This document shows positions 17,712 through 25,285 of a DNA stretch of 64,000 bases, in pieces (positions within the stretch are counted from its first letter, which is position 1; every line of letters begins with the position of its first letter). The translations under genes were made by a program, and so were the position numbers. The stretch spans positions 133,515 to 197,514 of the forward strand of contig PLYC01000010.1 of NCBI GenBank assembly GCA_003151625.1. The letters run 5' to 3'. The notes under the pieces were generated by a model. That model made no database searches, was not told where the DNA came from, and worked only from the letters and a program-made list of their open reading frames with translations. The DNA is from Candidatus Doudnabacteria bacterium (GTDB lineage: Bacteria > Patescibacteriota > Doudnabacteria > UBA920).

Positions 17712-18149
17712 TTAATTTGTTTGTATTTCCAATATTTCCTTCATTTTTCCCAAAACCATTTTCCAGTTGTCGCCAGAGTGTTCGGCGGATTCGGCGGTGG
17801 GGTTATTTTCCTGGGTGATTTTTAAAGTAGTTTGTCCATCTTTTTCTTCCAGTTCGTAGCTGACTTTTTGGTAATTTTCCGGAACATCAGGCTTCCCGGC
17901 AAAGCCGCTCCAATAGGTGCTTACCAATTTCTTATTTGGAACAAACTCCAAAATCACACCCTTGTCCTCATAAGCTTTGCCTTCCCACACGCCTTTATAA
18001 GTAATTGGGCTCCCAACTTTCCAATCCGATTTTGCTTCAGTGCCGAATAAATACTTCTTAATTAATTCCGGCTTGGTCAACGCCTCCCAAACTTTGGCCG
18101 CAGGAACGTTTATGGTTATTTGGCTGTTGGCAATTAAGTTGCTCTCCAT
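17712..18149 (-). CDS. SRPBCC-superfamily protein (Aha1/AHSA1-like domain)
   Basis: Pattern ITINVPAAKVWEALTKPELIKKYLFG...WKVGSPITYKG fits Aha1-domain SRPBCC proteins. Confidence 0.65.
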   Translation of the reverse strand: MESNLIANSQITINVPAAKVWEALTKPELIKKYLFGTEAKSDWKVGSPITYKGVWEGKAYEDKGVILEFVPNKKLVSTYWSGFAGKPDVPENYQKVSYELEEKDGQTTLKITQENNPTAESAEHSGDNWKMVLGKMKEILEIQTN

Positions 18150-18332
18150 AATTACTCCTTTTATTAATTATTATTATTTTTTGCTTCCACTGCTTTTTTG
18201 AGCTTTTCAAATTTTTTCATAAGACTTTCCATTACATTCAAATCTAAATTTTCACCTTCTAAAACCAAAACTTCCAGCTCGTCCAGCGCCGTTTGCAAAG
18301 CTTTTACTATGTTTGATTGTTTTTCCATATAT

Positions 18333-19127
18333 TTATTGGTTTAATGCTAAATAATAACCGGGATAATAGAAGCCGGTTTTGCGTTTTTGGATGTTGGTAA
18401 AATCCAGGTGGCCGTTTGGACCGCCGGAATAAATTTTGCGGTTTAAGGCTTTTGCCGCGTGCAGCGCCACTGTGGCGTCGTAAACATTCAGGTCTTCGGC
18501 GTAAAACCCAGCTGTTTGTTTTAAAATAAACATAGACTGCTCATCGGCATCATCCATGCTGTTTCCCCAGTTAATAAACTTAATACCTTTGTCGGTAAGC
18601 TCTTTATAAATATCCCCTAAGGCTGTTTTGGGGTTGCCTTTATAATAAAGAACCGCATTTTTTTCCGCCAATGTAGATTCAAATTTTGGCTGGATTCCCA
18701 CAGTTGAATAGGTGTTTTTAATAATTTTTATGGTCCAGTCCAAAACCGGAAAATGTTTAAAAGTATAAAGCAGATTTTTTCCATCGTGCAGAGAAACAAT
18801 AACATTAAAAAATTTGCCTCCTCTGGCATAAATAGCCGTCCCATCAATGGGATCAATTGCCAGGTAGTAACCGTTTGTACCGGTAAATTTTGAAACCAAA
18901 GGCGTGTCTTCTTCGGCCAGCAAACGGCAATTAACCAAATCCGTCTTCACCATCTCCCCCAACAAAAATTCCTGCACAGCCAAATCCGCTTCCGTCACAA
19001 TATCAACCACATTTAACCCCGTGTTAGTTTTGTTGTGATGTTTTGCCGTGCTTTGCATTCTGCAAGCTATTTGCCCTGCTTGCATAAACACAGGTTCCAA
19101 TTCAATTAAAGTTTCAATTAAATTCAT
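18333..19127 (-). CDS. Inositol monophosphatase-family phosphatase
   Basis: Motifs EEDT, AIDPIDGT and a downstream WD pattern of the IMPase/FIG fold. Confidence 0.75.
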   Translation of the reverse strand: MNLIETLIELEPVFMQAGQIACRMQSTAKHHNKTNTGLNVVDIVTEADLAVQEFLLGEMVKTDLVNCRLLAEEDTPLVSKFTGTNGYYLAIDPIDGTAIYARGGKFFNVIVSLHDGKNLLYTFKHFPVLDWTIKIIKNTYSTVGIQPKFESTLAEKNAVLYYKGNPKTALGDIYKELTDKGIKFINWGNSMDDADEQSMFILKQTAGFYAEDLNVYDATVALHAAKALNRKIYSGGPNGHLDFTNIQKRKTGFYYPGYYLALNQ

Positions 19128-19327
19128 ATTCCTGTTTATTATAGCACGATTAAGCAGGCTTTTCTTTTTCCCTGTTTTATCTTATAATATACCTTAGTTG
19201 TCTTGTTTCGGATTTCGATTTTCGACATTCGAATTTTTAATACCTTGGGGCGTCGCCAAGCGGCCCGTCTCGGCCGAGGTTATCCGAATTAGCCGAGCCG
19301 AGGTGGATAAGGCAGCACAAAAAAACT

Positions 19328-19582
19328 ATGCCAGGCTATATTTATGTCCTTTTTAGTAACAAGGACAGTAAAACTTATTTGGGCTCAACCGATAATCTTC
19401 AAAGAAGACTGGACGAACATTTTGCGGGAAAAGTAAAAGCAACAAAAAATAGAAGGCCTTTAAAATTAATTTATACTGAAGAATATATGCTTTTGGGAGA
19501 AGCCAGAAAGAGAGAAATGTACTTAAAAACCCACGCCGGAAGAAAAAGATTAAAGGAATTGCTAAAGAATTTTACAAAATAA
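19328..19582 (+). CDS. Small GIY-YIG nuclease-family protein (YhbQ/UPF0213-like)
   Basis: YIYVLFSNKDSKTYLGSTDNLQRRLDEH...GKVKATKNRRPLKLIYTEEY matches the short GIY-YIG family. Confidence 0.8.
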   Translation: MPGYIYVLFSNKDSKTYLGSTDNLQRRLDEHFAGKVKATKNRRPLKLIYTEEYMLLGEARKREMYLKTHAGRKRLKELLKNFTK

Positions 19583-19598
19583 ATTTTTTACTAACGAT

Positions 19599-19673
19599 TG
19601 GGGTGTCGCCAAGCGGTAAGGCAGGGGCCTTTGAAGCCCCCATTCGTAGGTCCGAATCCTACCACCCCAGCCA
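19599..19673 (+). tRNA. tRNA-Gln (anticodon UUG)
   Basis: Manual cloverleaf: acceptor TGGGGTG/CACCCCA (U1-A72 as in E. coli tRNA-Gln), D-arm GCC-AAGCGGTAA-GGC, anticodon arm GGGGC-CTTTGAA-GCCCC, T-arm GTAGG-TCCGAAT-CCTAC, G73, CCA. Confidence 0.8.
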
Positions 19674-19909
19674 TTAGTAAATAATTTATAAAGCATTGGC
19701 GTCGCTCGTCTCGGCTTCGCCGAGCCGAAGTCGGACCAAGCAGCCCGTCTCGGCCGAGGCTATCCGAATTAGCCGAGCCGAGGTCGGATAAGGCAGGGGC
19801 CTTTGAAGCCCCCATTCGTAGGTTCGAATCCTACCGCCCCAGCCAACAACTCTCTCATAATACCGGAGACCGAAGAGTATCAGCGTTTCAAGAGACAGTC
19901 AATGATTTT

Positions 19910-20584
19910 ATGCCGTCAGATAAATTCGAAAAAACAATAGCTGCAATAGTCTGCTGCTACAACGAGGCTCGAACGATTGAACGAGTAATATCCGATTTAC
20001 TCAAAATCCCATTTTTATCGCAAATTATTGTTGTGGATGATGGTTCCTCTGACAATAGCCGGCAAATATTACAAAAATATAAAGAAGAAGTTACTATTCT
20101 TTTCAATGCATCTAATAAAGGAAAAGGTTGTAGTGTTGCCCGTGCATTGGAGATTGCAAATTGCGATATCATCCTACTATTAGACGCTGACATCATTAAC
20201 TATACTGCTGCTGATTTAAAGTTGCTTGTAGAGCCAGTTATGCAGTGGAAGTTCGACTTTAGTGTAAAAGTTCCTGATAGTTATTTTTTTCTTTATGTAA
20301 ACGTTAGCGGAATCCGATGTTATTGGCGTAAAGATTTATTGCCTCTTGCTACCGCTTTTACGCGAACCAGCAAATACGGTATAGAGTTGTTTTTAAACAA
20401 AGCAATGCGGCAAAAAAGCGGGGTATTTATAAAACTAAGCGATTACCGGCACACTGATAAATTCCAGAAGTATCCTTTTTTCAGAGCTGTTTGGGAATAT
20501 GGCAAAGAGGCCGGGAGCCTATTGTATCAGATAATTCTTACTTCCGACCGAGGGGCGTTATACAGTATTAAAAAGAATCCCTAA
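19910..20584 (+). CDS. Family 2 glycosyltransferase (DPM1-like)
   Basis: IVCCYNEARTIERVI, VVDDGSSDNS and LLDADI (DxD) motifs. Confidence 0.75.
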   Translation: MPSDKFEKTIAAIVCCYNEARTIERVISDLLKIPFLSQIIVVDDGSSDNSRQILQKYKEEVTILFNASNKGKGCSVARALEIANCDIILLLDADIINYTAADLKLLVEPVMQWKFDFSVKVPDSYFFLYVNVSGIRCYWRKDLLPLATAFTRTSKYGIELFLNKAMRQKSGVFIKLSDYRHTDKFQKYPFFRAVWEYGKEAGSLLYQIILTSDRGALYSIKKNP

Positions 20585-20649
20585 AAACCCTTTGAAGGCC
20601 GCTAAAATGGTGGTTCTAAACCGGGTTACACAGCCAGTAATTTTATAAA

Positions 20650-21141
20650 ATGGAAGCTACTCAAAATTCATTACCCGAAATTGCCATTAGGGAATATAGA
20701 CTCGATGACTCTTTACAAATAAAAGAGTGTTTGCTTGTATTGCAGGATTTTGTTCACCTTTTGGAGCCAAAAATTGTTGCCACCGGCTCAAAGGTTTTTG
20801 ACAGTTATTTTGAATATTTGATAAATGAAATAAATAAAAAGGATGGTAAAATTTTTGTTGTTGAATCAAGGAATGCAATTGTTGGTTTTGTTGGATTATT
20901 TGTTACACAGGAAGAATGGGAATCGGAAAAATCTTTGTACATTTCCGATCTTGTCGTGTTAGAAAAATACCGTGGTCTAGGCTTAGGAACTAAACTTTTG
21001 GAATATGTTGAAGATTATGCAAAACAACAGGGTGCAAAATTCATAAAAATCGGGGCGCTCGAAAAAAATCACGGCGCACTAGATTTGTATCGCAAAATGG
21101 GTTTTGCTGATTATTTGGTTGTCTTGCTAAAAACGCTATAA
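20650..21141 (+). CDS. GNAT-family N-acetyltransferase
   Basis: Motif LVVLEKYRGLGLGTKLLEYVEDYAKQQGAKFIKIGALEKN is the GNAT A/B motif. Confidence 0.8.
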   Translation: MEATQNSLPEIAIREYRLDDSLQIKECLLVLQDFVHLLEPKIVATGSKVFDSYFEYLINEINKKDGKIFVVESRNAIVGFVGLFVTQEEWESEKSLYISDLVVLEKYRGLGLGTKLLEYVEDYAKQQGAKFIKIGALEKNHGALDLYRKMGFADYLVVLLKTL

Positions 21142-21177
21142 TTTTATAACAAAATTGTTCTAATTTGGTCAAATAAA

Positions 21178-21256
21178 GCCAGCCAACGTTTTTCACCAAT
21201 GTTTATTGGTGATTTTTTGTAAGGCCATATAGTACTTTGGAACCGTGGTATAATAA
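21178..21256 (+). promoter_or_regulatory. Repeated promoter cassette R1: CAGCCAAC...CACCAAT-N5-ATTGGTG palindrome...TGGTATAAT (second copy at 39488-39562)
   Basis: About 85% identity between the two copies. A 7-bp inverted repeat lies 25-30 nt upstream of an extended -10. Confidence 0.5.
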
Positions 21257-21282
21257 ACTTGTTGACTAATTAAAATGTAATT

Positions 21283-21708
21283 ATGCAAACAAACAATTTT
21301 TGGATTTTGGTTTTAATAATTTTATTTATCGTTGCCTATTATTACGGAGGCGCATATTTGATTTATTCTCGGATGAAAGCAAGGAATGACAAAATGGAGA
21401 AACTGGCCTTGGAGTATGGCTTAAAGTTTGAAAATAAAATGCCTCCTTATAATCGGTCGCACTACAGAAACTTTAAGCAGTTAGTCGCCAACTGGGTATC
21501 TGGTAATATAGGCCAGCACTCTATCGAAATCAGCGATGTATATCACGACGAGCTACACCAGGACTTGAAAGATTACTTAAGATTTACACGCACTATCTTT
21601 AAAATCGACGACAAAGAAAAAATGGAAATTAAAGACCAATTGACTCTCCGCTCCTCAAGATTGACCACAATCAATGAACTTCGTTCAGATTTAAAAAAGT
21701 TGTTTTAG
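21283..21708 (+). CDS. Hypothetical protein with N-terminal TM
   Basis: 141 aa ORF immediately downstream of the R1 promoter cassette. Confidence 0.4.
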   Translation: MQTNNFWILVLIILFIVAYYYGGAYLIYSRMKARNDKMEKLALEYGLKFENKMPPYNRSHYRNFKQLVANWVSGNIGQHSIEISDVYHDELHQDLKDYLRFTRTIFKIDDKEKMEIKDQLTLRSSRLTTINELRSDLKKLF

Positions 21709-21737
21709 GAAGCAAGCAGTCGCATCTTTGCTCAATT

Positions 21738-21772
21738 TTTGTTCGAACATCGTCCCACAGCCCCAGCCAACA
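21738..21772 (+). repeat. tRNA-3'-end-like direct repeat TTGTTCGAACATCGTCCCACAGCCCCAGCCA (second copy at 53915-53950)
   Basis: 24-nt identical core plus a CCAGCCA ending. The two copies bracket about 32 kb. Confidence 0.5.
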
Positions 21773-21918
21773 ATTTTGGTTCCTACAGACCTACCAACCC
21801 TGAACCAAAGTTACAAGTCTTAAGAAAATAAGAGCATGGATTTTGCATCCATGCTCTTATTTTTTTCTACATTCAGTAAAAATATGCTAAAATAAGGTCA
21901 TAATTTCAATAGAATTCT

Positions 21919-22914
21919 ATGAACAAAATATATCCGGAAAAATTAAAAGTTGGAGATGAAGTTAGAATTATAGCGCCTTCAAGATCGCTCGGCATTATCT
22001 CAAATAATTTAAGAGAGATAGCCAACCGCCGATTTAGGGATTTAGGGCTTAAAGTCAGTTTTGGCAAGCATGTTGAAGAAAAAGACGAGCTTGATTCTTC
22101 CGGTATAGAATCTCGCATTGAGGACTTGCATGAAGCGTTTGCCGACAAAAACATCAAAGCAATTTTTACCGTCATTGGCGGGTATAATTCCAACCAGTTG
22201 TTGAAGCATATTGATTGGCAATTGATAAAAAATAACCCAAAAATACTTTGTGGCTATTCTGATATTACAATCTTAAATAATGCTATTTACGCCAAGACCG
22301 GATTGATAAGCTACTACGGCCCGCATTATTCCACTTTCGGGCAGGAAAAGCACTTTGACTATACTTTGGATTACTGTAAAAAATGTTTGTTTTCTGACGA
22401 ACCGTTTGAAATTAAACCCAGCGAAAATTGGAGTGATGATTTTTGGTTTAAAGATCAAAACAACCGCACCTTCATTCCTAACGAAGGGTGGTTGGCAGTA
22501 AACGAAGGCGAAGCTGAGGGAACTATCCTCGGAGGTAATCTTTGCACTTTTAATTTGATACAAGGCACGGAATTTTTTCCAGATTTGAACGACAGTATTT
22601 TATGTTTGGAAGACGATGATTTACCAAAAGAAAATTCCGCTGTGGAATTTGACCGCAATCTGCAATCCTTAATTCAGCAACCAAATTTTGAAAAAGTCCA
22701 AGGTTTGGTCATTGGCAGATTCCAAAAAGGCAGCCAAATTACGAACGAAAAGATAAAACAAATTATAAAATCAAAAAAAGAGCTGGCTAATATGCCCATA
22801 ATTGCCAATGTCGATTTTGGCCACACCGATCCCAAAATAACCCTTCCAATTGGCGGAGAAATTCAGATTAAAGCGCATTTTCAGAATTCCCAAATAAACA
22901 TAACTAAACATTAA
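21919..22914 (+). CDS. LD-carboxypeptidase (peptidase S66; LdcA/MccF-like)
   Basis: VRIIAPSRSL, ILCGYSDITILNNAIY (Ser nucleophile) and a C-terminal His/Glu region. Confidence 0.8.
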   Translation: MNKIYPEKLKVGDEVRIIAPSRSLGIISNNLREIANRRFRDLGLKVSFGKHVEEKDELDSSGIESRIEDLHEAFADKNIKAIFTVIGGYNSNQLLKHIDWQLIKNNPKILCGYSDITILNNAIYAKTGLISYYGPHYSTFGQEKHFDYTLDYCKKCLFSDEPFEIKPSENWSDDFWFKDQNNRTFIPNEGWLAVNEGEAEGTILGGNLCTFNLIQGTEFFPDLNDSILCLEDDDLPKENSAVEFDRNLQSLIQQPNFEKVQGLVIGRFQKGSQITNEKIKQIIKSKKELANMPIIANVDFGHTDPKITLPIGGEIQIKAHFQNSQINITKH

Positions 22915-23055
22915 AGTTACCATTCAAGCAAAAAAATAAGGGCATGGACAAAAAATCCAAGCTCTTTTTTATCTAATGTTATTCCAAGTCTTTAAAATAT
23001 AGGACAATAGGGGTCGACGAGAGCCGGCCCCTATTTGGTTTGAGCGCCATTGCGC

Positions 23056-23508
23056 TCAGTTGATGGTGACGGGACGCAGCTCGAGGGGTTCCTGTTCGTA
23101 GGGAACGAAGAACGCTTTGGATCCCGCCACAGCTACGCCCTTTCCGGAAGTCCCGTCCGCCAAGGCGAGACCGATGTTGCAGCGGCAGCCTAATCCTGGA
23201 GTGGTGATGAGTTCGTGATACTGCTGAAAGGCCTCGCTCCACCTCTCCAGGACGATATGGTGACCGTGGTCGTCAGTGTAGACATTGACACCCTCTTCGT
23301 GCAGGAGGCGGAGAACGGCGTTCTCCACAACCTTGCCCGAGAAGGGCTTGTCCGCATTGATTACCAGGTGAAACAGGCGGCCGGTCATCCGGGCGCCGTT
23401 CATGATGATGGTTTCTGGGTTGCCGACAACGAACTTCGTATCCGGTTGGCCGGATCGTAAATGCATTGCCAGCGTTTCCGCAATCTGCCCTTGACGTTCT
23501 GTGAACAT
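23056..23508 (-). CDS. Hypothetical 150-aa protein of the high-GC island
   Basis: High-GC codon usage continuous with the island. No confident family; motifs VVGNPE and TDDHGHH noted. Confidence 0.45.
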   Translation of the reverse strand: MFTERQGQIAETLAMHLRSGQPDTKFVVGNPETIIMNGARMTGRLFHLVINADKPFSGKVVENAVLRLLHEEGVNVYTDDHGHHIVLERWSEAFQQYHELITTPGLGCRCNIGLALADGTSGKGVAVAGSKAFFVPYEQEPLELRPVTIN

Positions 23509-23544
23509 ACACGCTCCTTGGTTGGTTGTCGGTAACTTTCGGTA

Positions 23545-23754
23545 TTAGGCCGAGTGAACGCAGGTGCCGTCGGAATTGTAGGCATAAACTTCAATGCCGA
23601 CGCCGCGGTTGGTGTGAGCGATGTCATCGATCTCCCGTTGGCTTAACGGTGCGTTGTAGTCGCCAATAAAGAAATCTTCGCCATGCTCGTGCCCGATGAA
23701 ACGGATCTTACCATCCGGAGCCTTGGGCTCCGTATCTGACTTTCGGAATAGCAT
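23545..23754 (-). CDS. Hypothetical 69-aa protein of the high-GC island
   Basis: ORF upstream of the 150-aa gene in the same transcription unit. An AT-rich promoter spacer precedes it. Confidence 0.35.
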   Translation of the reverse strand: MLFRKSDTEPKAPDGKIRFIGHEHGEDFFIGDYNAPLSQREIDDIAHTNRGVGIEVYAYNSDGTCVHSA

Positions 23755-23904
23755 GATTCCTCCCCCTTTGCAAATTTATATCGCACGTTTCAAAACATAT
23801 TTATAAACTCTGTGAACCGTAAAATAATGAAAATACTACTTACTGAGAAAATGATCTTGGTTTGAAATAATTATATACCTATTCAATAAATAAAAACAAC
23901 CTGA

Positions 23905-23945
23905 AAAAATCAACCCGGCGCGTCCTCCTTTGCGCCGGGCGTGGT
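23905..23945 (-). terminator. Terminator after HisRS-like paralog 1 (CCCGGCGC-loop-GCGCCGGG + T-run on the minus strand)
   Basis: Seen directly. Confidence 0.6.
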
Positions 23946-23959
23946 TGAAGAACAACAAC

Positions 23960-25285
23960 TTAAACCTCCTGGAGCACCTGCCCCAGGGCATTCCGGACAT
24001 CGGCCTCGAAAGCGGAGCGGCATTCGAGGGCGTGGGTGAGGGTGGCTTCTTTGCCGCTGACGCAGACCACCAACTGGCATCCGCGGAGTTTGGCCTGTTC
24101 TACCGCTCCCGCGGAGGAAAGCGGGTCGTAGCTCAGGTCAACGTTGATGCCAGCATTGCGAAGCTGCTGGGCGAATCGGAAAGCCATGGCTGTACTGTCG
24201 TTATTGCCGCAGTACGCTACCAGGACTTTATCCGGAAGGACAAGCTCGGATTTGAGCATGTCCAATTCCTTCATGACTGCAAGGATGCGGTCGAGGCCGA
24301 AGGCCATGCCGACCGCCGGTTCAGGCGGAGCGCCGAAAGCGCCCACCAGATTGTCGAATCGGCCACCGCCGAGTACCGCGCCGATTGGCACGCCGGGAAT
24401 CACTCCTTCCAGAATGAAACCGGTGTAATAGTCGGCGCCGCGAGCCAACGTAAGGTCGATTCTGACGTGAGATAGCACTTCGTCGGGCAGATAAGAGAAA
24501 ATCTCCCGGAGCTCAGCGATGCCGGTTAATCCGGCCGGCTGGTCGTGAAGATTGTCTTGAAGGTGTTGAAGCATGTCTTCGAGCGAGCCGGAAATAGCGA
24601 TGACGCCCATAATGCTTTCTATCAGGGCGCTGCCAACCCGGCGGCGTTTCAGGTCTTCGCGAATCCCTTCCAGGCCTGCCTTGGTCACCTTGTCGGCGTA
24701 ATCCATAGCGCGTTGCACCTTGAGGATGCCGTCTTTGCCGGTGATACCGGCGCGGGCAGCAATGGCCTGGATGATCATGCGATGATTGACGCGGATGACG
24801 AACTGCCGGAAACCGAGGTCGCAAAGGCCGCGGTATGCTACGGAGATAATATCAGCGTCAGCCAGAAGGCTGGAAGCGCCAATGATGTCCCCATCGCATT
24901 GCATAAACTCGCGGAAGTGCCCCTTGTCCGGTTTGTCATCGCGAAACACATAGCCGAACTGATACCGCTTGTAGGGGCGGGGCAGGTCGGGGTGCATGCT
25001 GGCTACGCGAGCCAGCGGTACCGTTAGGTCGTAGCGGAGAACGAGACGGTGTTTCTTGTTGTCTCCCAGGCGGAAGATGAGCTTCTCGCCCTCGCCGTGG
25101 TGGCCGTCAAATACGACCTCGTTCTCGATGGTGGGGGTATCGTGGGGAGTGAAACCGCTCTTCTCGTAGACAGAACGGAGAATACGGATAACGTAATCAC
25201 GCACCCGCATTCCAAGCCCCAGCTTGTCAGTAGTGCCCGGAGGGACGGCGTTCTTAAGCCGAGACCGGGTCTGTGGATGACCCAT
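23960..25285 (-). CDS. Divergent class-II HisRS-like paralog 1 (full length with anticodon-binding-like domain)
   Basis: Altered motif 2 RDDKPDKGHFREFMQCDGDIIG, histidine-binding ARGADYYTG, motif 3 LGGGRFDNL and a C-terminal alpha/beta ABD-like region. Confidence 0.8.
   Translation of the reverse strand: MGHPQTRSRLKNAVPPGTTDKLGLGMRVRDYVIRILRSVYEKSGFTPHDTPTIENEVVFDGHHGEGEKLIFRLGDNKKHRLVLRYDLTVPLARVASMHPDLPRPYKRYQFGYVFRDDKPDKGHFREFMQCDGDIIGASSLLADADIISVAYRGLCDLGFRQFVIRVNHRMIIQAIAARAGITGKDGILKVQRAMDYADKVTKAGLEGIREDLKRRRVGSALIESIMGVIAISGSLEDMLQHLQDNLHDQPAGLTGIAELREIFSYLPDEVLSHVRIDLTLARGADYYTGFILEGVIPGVPIGAVLGGGRFDNLVGAFGAPPEPAVGMAFGLDRILAVMKELDMLKSELVLPDKVLVAYCGNNDSTAMAFRFAQQLRNAGINVDLSYDPLSSAGAVEQAKLRGCQLVVCVSGKEATLTHALECRSAFEADVRNALGQVLQEV

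Larger units (their letters stand above)
19246..19845 (+). other. Interrupted or split second tRNA-Gln(UUG). A 5' piece (19246-19263) and a 3' piece (19789-19845) would join into a perfect 75-nt cloverleaf
   Basis: TGGGGCGTCGCCAAGCGG joined to TAAGGCAGGGGCCTTTGAAGCCCCCATTCGTAGGTTCGAATCCTACCGCCCCAGCCA gives acceptor TGGGGCG/CGCCCCA with a canonical TTCGAAT T-loop. Each piece is followed or preceded by a ~52-nt GC-rich unit: cccgtctcggccgaggYtatccgaattagccgagccgaggtSgataaggcag. Confidence 0.35.

Noticed and set aside
18165-18327. 54-aa coiled-coil mini-ORF (MEKQSNIVKALQTALDELEVLVLEGENLDL...) between the IMPase and SRPBCC genes on the minus strand
   Set aside because: Plausible but below the size threshold, with no recognisable family. 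Not listed as a feature.
19264-19788. Group I intron in tRNA-Gln carrying a GIY-YIG homing endonuclease
   Set aside because: The interruption lies in the D-loop, not the anticodon loop. The non-ORF sequence is too short (about 200 nt) and lacks recognisable P1-P9 elements. The GIY-YIG protein is of the short YhbQ type without a DNA-binding domain. It is kept instead as a split or disrupted tRNA finding.
19591-19815. 74-aa minus-strand ORF covering the tRNA-Gln region
   Set aside because: Overlaps a confidently folded tRNA and GC-rich hairpin units. Composition is typical of a spurious frame.
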